This document shows, piece by piece, positions 1 to 8,974 of a stretch of 64,000 nucleotides of DNA. This DNA comes from Gemmatimonadota bacterium. GTDB taxonomy: Bacteria; Gemmatimonadota; Gemmatimonadetes; Palauibacterales; KS3-K002. A program made the translations under genes and the position numbers. The DNA lies in NCBI GenBank assembly GCA_039586795.1, contig JBDHJS010000001.1, forward strand, positions 32,001-96,000, written 5' to 3'. Numbering within the stretch: the stretch's first letter is position 1; every line of letters starts with the position of its first letter. The notes under the pieces are model-generated. The model saw only the letters and a program-made list of their open reading frames with translations. It ran no database searches and had not been told where the DNA came from.

Positions 1-462
1 ACGCGACGAGGCTTCTTCCGGCAAGCCTGGCTGGTGCTGGCGGGGCTGGCGGTGCTGGAGTACGTGTGGGTGGCGCTCAACTTCTTGCGGCCGCGGCTGA
101 CCCCGGAGCAGGCCGCCGGTGTGGTGGTCGCCGGACCGGCGGAGAACTTCGAGCCCGGCAGCGTGACGCCCTTCCCCCGGGGCAAGTTCTATCTATCGAG
201 GTTGGACGACGGTGGCTTCCTGGCTCTATCCCGCGAGTGCACGCACCTGGGATGCACCGTCCCCTGGCTCGACGACGAGGGACGCTTCATCTGCCCTTGC
301 CATGCATCGGAATACGATCAGCGAGGAGTCGTCGTCAGTCCGCCGGCGCCGCGACCCCTCGACCTCTTCGCCGTTCGCATCGAGAACGGCGTGGTCAAGG
401 TGGATACGAGCGAACCGCTGAAGCGGTCGATCTTCGAAGACAGCCAGGTCACGGAGGCCTGA
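1..462 (+). CDS. Rieske [2Fe-2S] protein (QcrA/PetC-like), 5'-partial, Tat-exported
   Basis: Frame open from base 1 (TRRGFF twin-arginine motif); Rieske boxes CTHLGC and CPCHAS; PAPRPL motif. Confidence 0.9.
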   Translation, partial: TRRGFFRQAWLVLAGLAVLEYVWVALNFLRPRLTPEQAAGVVVAGPAENFEPGSVTPFPRGKFYLSRLDDGGFLALSRECTHLGCTVPWLDDEGRFICPCHASEYDQRGVVVSPPAPRPLDLFAVRIENGVVKVDTSEPLKRSIFEDSQVTEA

Positions 463-465
463 GAC

Positions 466-2871
466 TTGAGCGACGGGACGACCGAACGCACTTCGCCCAC
501 GGATACCCAGCCCGATGACCTTCGCAGCTGGCGCGTCGCTGGATTGATCGCTCTGGCCGTCATCGTCCTCAGCGTCCCCGTCCACCTGATGAAAGAAGGT
601 CGATCCCGTACCGTTCCGGTGACGCTGGAAACCGGCGCGACGTTCGTGGGCAGCGACGCCTGCGCCGATTGCCACGAAGAAGAATACGAGGCCTGGATTG
701 GCTCAGATCACGACAGAGCCACGGAACTCGCGAGTGACCGCACCGTGCTCGGCGACTTCAACGATGCCGAGTTCGCCGACGGCGATGTCTTCGCCCGCTT
801 CTACAACAGAGCCGGTCGGTACTTCGTATACACACACGGTCCCGACGGTGAGCTAGCGGAGTTCGAGATCACTCACACGCTGGGCTTCAATCCGCTGCAA
901 CAGTATCTGGTTCCCTTCTCCGGCGGTCGCCTACAGGCGCTGACGATCGCATGGGATACCGAACGCGGCGTGTGGTTCGACATGATCCCCGACCGGGCAA
1001 TCGATTCCAATGACTGGATGCACTGGACGCGAGGCGGCCAGAACTGGAACAGCATGTGCGCCGAGTGTCACTCCACCAACCTGGCCAAGGGCTACAACGC
1101 GCTGACCCGCGAGTACGCGACGACTTGGTCGGAGATCGACGTCGGTTGCGAGTCGTGTCATGGACCGAGCTCGCTCCACGTTGCATGGGCCGAAGTGACG
1201 CCCATGGCACGCCTGCGGTCGGAGAACTACGAGCTCGTGATCAACACGTCGGAGATCGGCCCGGCGCAGGAAGTCGAGATGTGCGCGCCTTGCCACTCGC
1301 ACCACGTAGATTTCGACAGACATGATCACACGCAGACGGAACTGATGCAGGAAGGGGTACCGTCTCTCCTGCGAGAAGATCTCTACTTCCCCGACGGACA
1401 GATCATCGGAGACGTCTACGACTACGGTTCGTTCCAGCAGAGCAAGATGTACCGCAAGGGTGTGCGCTGCGGCGATTGCCACGACGTCCACGATCTGGAG
1501 CTCACCGCGGACGGCAATGATCTCTGTCTGCCCTGCCATCAGGCCAGCATCTACGACAGCTACGACCATCACTTTCACGAGGAACGCGTCGACGGTGCGC
1601 TGAACGAAGGCAGGCTTTGCGTTAAGTGCCACATGCCGGAGCGGAGCTTCATGATCGTCGACCGGCGCGCCGATCACAGCATCCACGTGCCGCGGCCAGA
1701 TCTGACGATAGAGCTCGGCGTGCCGAACGCGTGCGCTTCCGCCGGGTGCCACGACGGCGAGAGCGATAGGTGGAACGCCGACTATTTCCGGCAGTGGTAC
1801 GGCGAACACGCCCGGTCGCACTTCGGGACCACGCTGGCGGCGGGCCGCGAGGGACGCCCGGAAGCGCACGAAGGCTTGATCGAGATCGCTGGTGACACGC
1901 TGTATGCGGGCGTGGTCCGCGCCACGGCGCTCTCGCTGCTCTCCTCCTACTCCGGCGCCAGAAACGCCGAAGCGTTCAAGCTGGCGCTCGCCGACGAGGA
2001 TCCGCTGGTTCGTTACACGGCGGCGGAGTTCGCCAACAGTCTCACGCTTGCCGAGCTGGTCGAAGCGATGACTCCGCTGCTCTTCGACCCGGTCAAGGCG
2101 GTTCGATTGCAGGCGGCGCTTCGGCTGGCGGGAACGCCCGCCGGGATGCTTCAGGACTACCAGCGCGCGCAGCTCGACGAATCGCTGCGCGAGTTCCGGG
2201 ACGCGATGACGCACTCGCTAGAGTTCCCGTTCGCCGAGTACAACCTCGGGACACTACACCTGGCGGAGCGAGACACGGCGGGCGCCGAAGAGCACTTTCG
2301 AGCGGCGATCGAACTGGACGAGCGCTATTTCCCGGCGAAGTTGAATCTAGCGCAGTTGCTGTGGTCATCCGCGCAGTACGAAGAAGCCGAGCGATTGCTC
2401 CGGGAAGTGGTGAGCGACGCGCCTGAGCTGGGCGAAGCCTATTACTCACTGGGGCTGCTGTTGGCGGAGATGGAGCGCTATGCGGAGGCTGAGTCATTCC
2501 TTCGTCGAGCGGCGGAGGCGATGCCGGGACGATCGCGGGTCTATCTCAACCTGGGGCTGGTGGAGCAGGCGGCGGGGCAAACGGCGTTGGCGGAAGCGGC
2601 GCTGCGGCGCGCGTTGGAGATGGAGCCGGGGAATCTCGATTATCAGTTTGCCCTGGCGGATCATTTTGTGCGGCGTGGTGAGTTTGGGCGGGCGCTGGAG
2701 GTGGCCGAGCGGATGGTGAATAGTCATCCGGGGAGTGAGGTGGGTTTCCAGGTGAAGATCTATATCGAGGAGATCATGCAGAAATCGGCTGACGGTGTGG
2801 TTGGGTATGGGTCTTATGATCTTCGCGGGATTAGTGATTATTACATTCGGGTGGGTGGGGCTTCTCGGTGA
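466..2871 (+). CDS. Multiheme c-type cytochrome with HEAT and TPR repeats
   Basis: Seven CxxCH motifs (CADCH, CAECH, CESCH, CAPCH, CGDCH, CLPCH, CVKCH) plus CASAGCH; N-terminal TM helix; C-terminal TPR-like repeats. Confidence 0.85.
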   Translation: MSDGTTERTSPTDTQPDDLRSWRVAGLIALAVIVLSVPVHLMKEGRSRTVPVTLETGATFVGSDACADCHEEEYEAWIGSDHDRATELASDRTVLGDFNDAEFADGDVFARFYNRAGRYFVYTHGPDGELAEFEITHTLGFNPLQQYLVPFSGGRLQALTIAWDTERGVWFDMIPDRAIDSNDWMHWTRGGQNWNSMCAECHSTNLAKGYNALTREYATTWSEIDVGCESCHGPSSLHVAWAEVTPMARLRSENYELVINTSEIGPAQEVEMCAPCHSHHVDFDRHDHTQTELMQEGVPSLLREDLYFPDGQIIGDVYDYGSFQQSKMYRKGVRCGDCHDVHDLELTADGNDLCLPCHQASIYDSYDHHFHEERVDGALNEGRLCVKCHMPERSFMIVDRRADHSIHVPRPDLTIELGVPNACASAGCHDGESDRWNADYFRQWYGEHARSHFGTTLAAGREGRPEAHEGLIEIAGDTLYAGVVRATALSLLSSYSGARNAEAFKLALADEDPLVRYTAAEFANSLTLAELVEAMTPLLFDPVKAVRLQAALRLAGTPAGMLQDYQRAQLDESLREFRDAMTHSLEFPFAEYNLGTLHLAERDTAGAEEHFRAAIELDERYFPAKLNLAQLLWSSAQYEEAERLLREVVSDAPELGEAYYSLGLLLAEMERYAEAESFLRRAAEAMPGRSRVYLNLGLVEQAAGQTALAEAALRRALEMEPGNLDYQFALADHFVRRGEFGRALEVAERMVNSHPGSEVGFQVKIYIEEIMQKSADGVVGYGSYDLRGISDYYIRVGGASR

Positions 2872-2901
2872 TCGGCGGTCGACGGTCGTCGTTCGACGGG
2901 T

Positions 2902-2996
2902 TCGACGCTCGGACTATTTCGACAGCCGACAGCCGACAGCCGCGTATCGGCGGCCGAGTCCTGTTGGGCGATCGACGTTCGACGCGCGACGTTCGT
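2902..2996. repeat. Left arm of ~95 bp inverted repeat built of degenerate 7-mers (CGACAGC/TCGACGT-like)
   Basis: Manual alignment with right arm. Confidence 0.9.
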
Positions 2997-3017
2997 CGGT
3001 CGGCGATCGTGAGTTGG

Positions 3018-3407
3018 TCAGCTTTTGAGTTTTTCGTTGCGTTTTGCGGTTCTTATGCTGGTGAAGACTATTGCGATAGCCCGGTCCGTGTCCTCCACGG
3101 CCTGGTCAACGGTATCGGCGTCTCCCAGTTCCAGGCGTTGGATGTAGCAGAGCCAGCTCATCGTCTCGCGTAGCTCCTTTAGGCACAGACCCAATTTGTG
3201 GATGAAGTCCTTGCGGGATTCGGCAGCGTTGGCCTCGGCGTGTAATGGCGCTGGCGCGGTGGAGCACCGCACCAATTGGCCCGCTACGTGTTTGCCCACC
3301 CGAGTCGGCGGCAGATCCTCACATATCGCGGCCACCTTCACCGCCAACCCGATCAACCGATCCTGCAAGTCGTAATACGTGGTAACCGTCTCCGGCAGCG
3401 TCTCCAT
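3018..3407 (-). CDS. Four helix bundle protein (23S rRNA intervening-sequence protein family)
   Basis: QLVRCSTAPAPLHAEA..AESRKDFIHKL..CLKELRET..WL pattern; GGAGGG RBS upstream. Confidence 0.9.
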   Translation of the reverse strand: METLPETVTTYYDLQDRLIGLAVKVAAICEDLPPTRVGKHVAGQLVRCSTAPAPLHAEANAAESRKDFIHKLGLCLKELRETMSWLCYIQRLELGDADTVDQAVEDTDRAIAIVFTSIRTAKRNEKLKS

Positions 3408-3435
3408 ACACCCCTCCCAGAGGGAAAGTCCAACA

Positions 3436-3530
3436 ACGAGCGTCGCGCGTCGGGCGTCGATCGCCGAATTGTCCTCGGTCGTCGGTACGCGGCTGTCGGC
3501 TGTCCGCTGTCGAAATAGTCCGAACGTCGA
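3436..3530. repeat. Right arm of ~95 bp inverted repeat
   Basis: Reverse complement of 2902-2996. Confidence 0.9.
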
Positions 3531-3595
3531 CCGCCGACCCCGACCGCCGATTGTCGAACGTCCAAGCTACACCCCACCATCAACAATCCCTCAAC

Positions 3596-3630
3596 AAGAA
3601 AAAGCGCGGCCCAAAGCCGCGCCTTTCCCA
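3596..3630 (-). terminator. Intrinsic terminator downstream of the SRPBCC gene
   Basis: Minus strand GCGCGGC-TTTGG-GCCGCGC followed by TTTTTCTT. Confidence 0.75.
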
Positions 3631-3658
3631 AACAACACCAACCAGCAAGAACCACCAC

Positions 3659-4093
3659 TCAGACAAACAACCTCTCGAGCCGGTTCAGGCAGCTCGTCCA
3701 GCCTTCCTCATGCCCAACCTTCGCCTCACCATTCGGAAACAGTTCATGGCTCAGCATAACCTCAGTGGATTCTCCAACCTCATTGAACTCCACCGTAACG
3801 ATCGTCTCCCCGATCGATTCCTCCTGCCAATCCCACGTATAGACCAAACGACTCGGCTTCTCGATCTCACGATAGATGCCCACCGCCGTGTGCACCTTGC
3901 CTTCTGGCGACTCCATGCGGATCAGGTAGCGGCCGCCCACCGTCAGATCGACCTGTGCGTCTCCAACGTTCATGCCTTCGGGACACGACCACTTCTTCAT
4001 ATGCTCCGGCTGGGTCCATGCCTCGAACACTTTTTCACGACTGGCCTTGATCACCCGGGACAGTCGCAGTGTGGTTCCGGTGTCTGTGCTCAT
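3659..4093 (-). CDS. SRPBCC/AHSA1 (START-like) domain protein
   Basis: SRVIKASREKVFEAWT.PE..KKW, D..VGGRY, GW..CL..L. Confidence 0.9.
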   Translation of the reverse strand: MSTDTGTTLRLSRVIKASREKVFEAWTQPEHMKKWSCPEGMNVGDAQVDLTVGGRYLIRMESPEGKVHTAVGIYREIEKPSRLVYTWDWQEESIGETIVTVEFNEVGESTEVMLSHELFPNGEAKVGHEEGWTSCLNRLERLFV

Positions 4094-4464
4094 GATTCGT
4101 TCTCCTTCGGGTTGGTTGGGGCCTCGGTTTCTGCGTCAGGCGCGGCGTTTTCCAGGTAGCGCGCCAGCGAGTCCAGTTGCTCTTCCCAGAACTGCCGATA
4201 GCGCTCGATCCAGTCCGCGGCATCGCGCATCGGCTCGGCATCCAGCTCGCAACGACTGATCCGCCCGTCCCGGGTGCGCTGGACCAGGCCGGCCCGCTCC
4301 AGCACCCGGAGGTGCTTTGAGATGGCCGGTCGCGAAACGTCGAACGGTCGCGCCAGCTCACCGACGGTCGCCTCCCCTTTCGCCAGGCGCGCGAGAATAG
4401 CGCGGCGGATCGGGTCGGCGAGGGCGCCGAAAGTGAAGTCGAGTCTTCTGCCATTGGTAACCAT
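4090..4464 (-). CDS. ArsR/SmtB family transcriptional regulator paired with SRPBCC gene
   Basis: FGALADPIRRAILARL, SRPAISKHLRVLERAGLV; start set at ATG 4464. Confidence 0.9.
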   Translation of the reverse strand: MVTNGRRLDFTFGALADPIRRAILARLAKGEATVGELARPFDVSRPAISKHLRVLERAGLVQRTRDGRISRCELDAEPMRDAADWIERYRQFWEEQLDSLARYLENAAPDAETEAPTNPKENES

Positions 4465-4502
4465 ATGGTTACCAATATAGCGGCACCCCACCTCTACGTC
4501 AA
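4453..4502 (-). promoter_or_regulatory. Sigma70-type promoter and perfect 24 bp palindromic operator overlapping the ArsR start codon
   Basis: ATTGGTAACCAT/ATGGTTACCAAT at 4453-4476; -35 TTGACG (4502-4497), 17 nt spacer, -10 TATATT (4479-4474). Confidence 0.7.
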
Positions 4503-4625
4503 GCGCAGCCTCTCTTCAGGCTATTGTCGATCTGAATGCTCCAAAAAGGATAGAAGGAGGCTCGACTACCCTACCTGTCGAGCCTCCCTCCACTCGCTGT
4601 CTACCGCTGGCGTGGTGCCACGAGA

Positions 4626-5053
4626 TCAGCCGACGCCGAACAACAGCGCCAGCGCCCAGGTCCGGTTCTTCACCGAAGCCGCGTCGGTCTCCGCGATGTC
4701 CGTCAGGCCGTGTGTGTAGGAGAGGTCGAGACCGAGGAACATCACCTGCAATCCCAGGCCGCCCTTCAAGGCAAAATCGAAGCTGTTGGTCTGGGCGCAG
4801 GAAAAACCGCCGAGGCCAGCCAACAACCCGCTCTCGCTGCAGTTCACTTCGAAGTTGAGATCGACGCCCCCGTACAGCCGGGGCCCAAGCAAGCGACCGA
4901 TGATCGGCAGCTTGAACACGGCCATCACGGGAACTTCGATGTATCCCGGCTGCACCTCCGAGCTCGTGCAGCGATTCCAATCTGGGCGCTACCCGAGCTC
5001 GCCAAGAGAAGAACGAATGCTGCCGCCATACCCGAAGCAGTGATCGCACGCAT
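4626..5053 (-). pseudogene. Outer-membrane beta-barrel (porin family) gene with internal deletion and frameshift
   Basis: RBS + signal peptide MRAITASGMAAAFVLLLASSGSAQ from ATG 5053 is in a different frame from the barrel C-terminal half (YIEVPV...YTHGLTDI...NRTWALALLF, 4626-4955). Confidence 0.65.
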
Positions 5054-5110
5054 TTCCTTCCCAGCCTTTCAGACAAGTGTGGATGCGGCCAGCAAATGTC
5101 GCGGCACAGT

Positions 5111-5806
5111 CTATCTCTTCTTCAAGATCTTCTCAATTCTCTTCCAAGGGGTGTTCCATACCAGCAAGCCGTTGAACGCCGATACGTGGGTGATCGAGCC
5201 GACGATCTTGAACCCGGCTCTCAACGACGACTTGAGCGACGGGATCTTCGAAGGCGCGATCACGCTGCAGCGGACATTAATGCCGTTTGCCCGGCAGTGC
5301 TCCTCGATCTCGTGTCGGATCATGTCCGCCAAACCACGCCCGCGATACTCGGGTGTAACTTCTATGTAGTGAGTGAACATGATGTCGGCCGCTAAAATCC
5401 GCTTACGACCCAACGCAGAGAAGACCCCGCGCTCACAGATACAGTAGCCCACCACGTTCTTCTCACTCTCGAGACCAGGCGACCGCGTCGCCAGAAAGAC
5501 CAGACAACCTTCCTCCAGCCTGCCTTCGAGATCTTCGAATGAATCGCGCAACGAAGGCGGCATCTCCACCCGCCCCTCTCGTAGCGCGGCCACCGATTCA
5601 AAAAGAACGCATTCAGCGTCGCCCGAGGCCGCTACACCCGGCGGCACATCGACGGCGTCCACCGCTTTCGCGACGATGTATTGCTTTCGGCGACGATAGA
5701 GCCAAGACATAAGATCGAACTGCCATAGTGAGGGCGGCCACGTCAAAAATACCGCCACCGAGACAGTCAGGAAACGAGAAGCCCCCGCTTGCCGAAGGCC
5801 CATCAT
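5111..5806 (-). CDS. GNAT family N-acetyltransferase (start uncertain, ATG 5710 possible)
   Basis: IEVTPEYRGRGLA acetyl-CoA motif A; SLRAGFK. Confidence 0.7.
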   Translation of the reverse strand: MMGLRQAGASRFLTVSVAVFLTWPPSLWQFDLMSWLYRRRKQYIVAKAVDAVDVPPGVAASGDAECVLFESVAALREGRVEMPPSLRDSFEDLEGRLEEGCLVFLATRSPGLESEKNVVGYCICERGVFSALGRKRILAADIMFTHYIEVTPEYRGRGLADMIRHEIEEHCRANGINVRCSVIAPSKIPSLKSSLRAGFKIVGSITHVSAFNGLLVWNTPWKRIEKILKKR

Positions 5807-5868
5807 TCGTGTCTCTTGTGAACGGAATCGCTAGCCCGTCGGCGTGACAACCTTTGGAGAGCGTGTGG

Positions 5869-8205
5869 ATGAAAACGTTCGTGTCCTGCATTCCCGCAAC
5901 GATCCTGTGCGGTGCCGTCTTCGGCATCGCCAGCGTTGATCACGTCGCAGCTCAGGCCACCGACCCGCAGACACGCTCCGCTTCGTGGGATCGACACGTC
6001 GCGCTTGAGCGCGAATCGCCGTTGAGTGAATTCCCCTGGAAGGCCGTCGGTCCGAAGCAGGCAGGGGCCCGGGTGGAAGCGATCGCCGTGCCGCCCGGCA
6101 ACCATGGAACCATCTACGTTGGCGTCGGTTCTGGCAACCTGTGGAAGACGGAGAACAACGGGCTCACCTGGCGACCCATCTTCGAGAAGCAATCGACGTT
6201 CACCATCGGCGATGTCGCCGTCTCACCTTCGAACCCGGACGTCGTCTGGGTGGGCACCGGCGAGACGCAACCGCGACATAGCGGCTACTCGTATGCGGGG
6301 ACCGGCGTCTTCAAGTCGACCGACGCCGGTGAAACCTGGCGAAACATGGGGCTCCGAGACACGCATCATATCGGGAAGGTCCTCATCCACCCCACCGATC
6401 CGTCCATCGTTTACGTCGCCGCCATCGGCCACTTCTGGTCGCGCAACGCGGAGCGCGGCGTGTTTCGAACCAGCGATGGCGGTGAGAGCTGGGAGCACGT
6501 CCTGTCCGTCAGCGACCGAACCGGCGCCGTGGACCTGGTCATGGATCCCTCAGATCCCGCGACTCTCTACGCATCGGCGTGGCAGAGTGTGAGTGGCGAG
6601 CCAACGGTGGCCGGCCCGGAGAGCGGGATCTACAAGAGCACGGACGGTGGCACGTCATGGACGAAACTCACCGCAGGTCTGCCCGCCGGCCCCCTCGGCC
6701 GTATCGGTCTCGACGTCGCGCCCGGCAGGCCGAACGTCGTCTACGCCTTCATCGACAACTGGAACGAGTACACCGGCGAACAGGACCCCGACCGGCCGCG
6801 GGAGATCATCGGCGGCGAGGTCTACCGGTCCGACGATCGCGGCGCTTCCTGGCTTAAGGTGAGCGGCGACGACGTCTACCAGGTCTTCCGAATCTACGGT
6901 TGGAAGTTCACCGACATCCGCGTGTTTCCGGATGACGAAGACGAGATCTTCATCCTCGGTCTGCGCGCCTTTTATTCTGCCGACGGCGGCCGCACCTTCG
7001 AGCGCATCGGCGAGCAGATCATCCGCATGCACGACACGCAGGGACTGATCATGCATCTCGATCACCACGAGATCTGGATCGATCCTCTGAACCCTGACCG
7101 CATCCTGCTGGGCAACGACGGCGGCCTCTTCCAATCCTATGATCGTGGAAGAAGCTGGCTGCACATCAACAACATCCCGGCGGCGGAATTCTATGCGGTG
7201 TCCGTCGACATGGCCGAGCCCTATCGGATCTACGGCGGCACCCAGGATAACGCGGCGCTCTACGGTCCCAGCGATACCGAGCTCGAAGACGCGACGGATG
7301 ATCCGTGGGAAAACGTCTACCTGGATCGCTGGACGGGCGGCGACTCGTTCGATACGTACCTCGATCCCACCGACAGCACCATCGTCTACTACGAACACCA
7401 GCACGGCGCTATGCGTCGCATGGACATCACGGATGATTCGGTGCTCACCGGCTCCGCGGAGGGCATCCGGCCCCGGCCGCCGGAGGACAGCGAGGAGCAT
7501 TGGCGCTTCGGTTGGTACACGCCGATCGTAATCTCGCACTACGATCCGTACACGCTCTACGTCGGCGGTAATCGCCTCTTCAAGTCGACGAACCGCGGCG
7601 ACGAGTGGCAGCCGATCAGCCCCGACTTATCCGACGAGGCCGGCGGCCAGCGCGCCGTCGTTCCCTTCGGCACGATCACCATGATCTCGGAATCCCAATT
7701 GCAGCCCGGGTTGATCTACGTGGGCACGGAGGGCGGCAGCGTTTGGCTGACGCGTGACGAAGGCGAAAACTGGACGAAGGTGAGTGACGGGCTTCCGAAG
7801 AAGTGGGTGAGTCGCGTCGTCGCGTCAGAGCACGATCTGGGGACTGTCTACGTCTCGCTCACCGGTTTCCGAGAGGATGATTTCCGAACCTACATCTACC
7901 AGTCGAAGGACTTCGGAGAGTCATGGAGATCGATTTCCGGGAACCTCCCCGACGAATCGGTCAACGTGATTCGAGAGGACCCGCTCGAGTCGTTCATCTT
8001 GTATGCGGGGACCGATCTGGGCGTTTACGTCTCTCTGGACCGCGGAGGAAGCTGGCACTCGCTGTGCGCGAACCTGCCGACGACGCCGGTGCACGATCTC
8101 GTCATCCATCCAAGGGACGATGAGATCGTCATCGGCACTCACGGTAGAAGCGTCTTCGTGGCGGACCTGGCACCGCTTAGGGAGCTGACCGCACGCCGAC
8201 GTTAG
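5869..8205 (+). CDS. Secreted VPS10/BNR-repeat (sortilin-like) glycosyl hydrolase family protein
   Basis: Signal peptide; many Asp-box repeats (S.DGG.TW); D.H.IWIDP, GTHGRS. Confidence 0.85.
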   Translation: MKTFVSCIPATILCGAVFGIASVDHVAAQATDPQTRSASWDRHVALERESPLSEFPWKAVGPKQAGARVEAIAVPPGNHGTIYVGVGSGNLWKTENNGLTWRPIFEKQSTFTIGDVAVSPSNPDVVWVGTGETQPRHSGYSYAGTGVFKSTDAGETWRNMGLRDTHHIGKVLIHPTDPSIVYVAAIGHFWSRNAERGVFRTSDGGESWEHVLSVSDRTGAVDLVMDPSDPATLYASAWQSVSGEPTVAGPESGIYKSTDGGTSWTKLTAGLPAGPLGRIGLDVAPGRPNVVYAFIDNWNEYTGEQDPDRPREIIGGEVYRSDDRGASWLKVSGDDVYQVFRIYGWKFTDIRVFPDDEDEIFILGLRAFYSADGGRTFERIGEQIIRMHDTQGLIMHLDHHEIWIDPLNPDRILLGNDGGLFQSYDRGRSWLHINNIPAAEFYAVSVDMAEPYRIYGGTQDNAALYGPSDTELEDATDDPWENVYLDRWTGGDSFDTYLDPTDSTIVYYEHQHGAMRRMDITDDSVLTGSAEGIRPRPPEDSEEHWRFGWYTPIVISHYDPYTLYVGGNRLFKSTNRGDEWQPISPDLSDEAGGQRAVVPFGTITMISESQLQPGLIYVGTEGGSVWLTRDEGENWTKVSDGLPKKWVSRVVASEHDLGTVYVSLTGFREDDFRTYIYQSKDFGESWRSISGNLPDESVNVIREDPLESFILYAGTDLGVYVSLDRGGSWHSLCANLPTTPVHDLVIHPRDDEIVIGTHGRSVFVADLAPLRELTARRR

Positions 8206-8210
8206 TTCTG

Positions 8211-8795
8211 CTAGCGGCTCCCGCCCAGCTGCTTGCCAACCACCAGCCGGAACTGCAGGGAGTTGTTCTTCGTGCTGCTGTTCTCGAACACGTCGGACAA
8301 TCCCCACACCCAACGCGTATCGATTCCGACGAACACTCCGTTGTCCATCCACTTACCGAACATGAGTCCGACCGGTATCGTCCACTGCGTGCTCTTGACG
8401 TCCGGACACGCATCGACAACCCCGCTCGTGCTACACGACACCTCGAACCCGACGCTGACGCCGCCGTAACCCCGGACGATCGTCCCCCAGCCCCCGACGA
8501 TCCCTCCACCGATCAACAGCGGAATGTCGATGTAACTCACGCGGGTGTTGTTGCCGCCCATCTGGACCCAGTTGGCTTCCAAGTTCGCCTGGACGTTTTG
8601 GCCAAAAGTGCGGCCGATCATCAGGCCGGCTGTCCCGCCCCAGATGGTGTTGCTGAAGAACCCACTAGTAGATGAATAGCTCACCGTGGCTCCACCCTGC
8701 ACGCCGGCTAGTGTGACACCGCTTTGCGCTTGCGCCAACGTCGCGACCGTCAGGGCGAGAGCGAGTGTCAGTCCGAGTATCTTTGACAATGTCAT
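8211..8795 (-). CDS. Outer-membrane beta-barrel (porin family) protein
   Basis: Signal peptide, alternating beta strands, YIDIPLL, WGLSDVF. Confidence 0.7.
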   Translation of the reverse strand: MTLSKILGLTLALALTVATLAQAQSGVTLAGVQGGATVSYSSTSGFFSNTIWGGTAGLMIGRTFGQNVQANLEANWVQMGGNNTRVSYIDIPLLIGGGIVGGWGTIVRGYGGVSVGFEVSCSTSGVVDACPDVKSTQWTIPVGLMFGKWMDNGVFVGIDTRWVWGLSDVFENSSTKNNSLQFRLVVGKQLGGSR

Positions 8796-8974
8796 CCTCT
8801 TCGTCTCCCACGTGTTGATGTTCGTGTCTGTCCGTCCAGTACACTTTCCCGCATGGTTTGGGCGTCCAATTTCGCGACAGGAGAGGTCAGCGGCAAGGAG
8901 GGTCTAGCCTCTGGCACTCGGCAAGGACGCTGGAGTATTGCGCTCCCCTTACCTTCGTTCCAGACTGAAGGCCC

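Larger units (their letters stand above)
2871..3551. mobile_element. Putative IVS-like/mobile cassette: four-helix-bundle gene enclosed by long imperfect inverted repeats
   Basis: 2902-2996 matches the reverse complement of 3436-3530 ungapped (about 13 mismatches in 95 nt); outer 11-mer 2871-2881 pairs with 3541-3551. Confidence 0.55.

Noticed and set aside
3018..3407. Diversity-generating retroelement (Avd-like gene) or true 23S rRNA IVS
   Set aside because: No reverse transcriptase, no TR/VR pair, and no rRNA sequence in the flanks.
2871..3551. CRISPR array or classical IS
   Set aside because: The repeats are inverted and degenerate with no spacers; no cas or transposase gene, and no target-site duplication recognised.
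8796..8974. Cobalamin riboswitch or sigma54 promoter upstream of mttB
   Set aside because: No B12-box recognised; the TGGCAC is not followed by TTGC at the right spacing.
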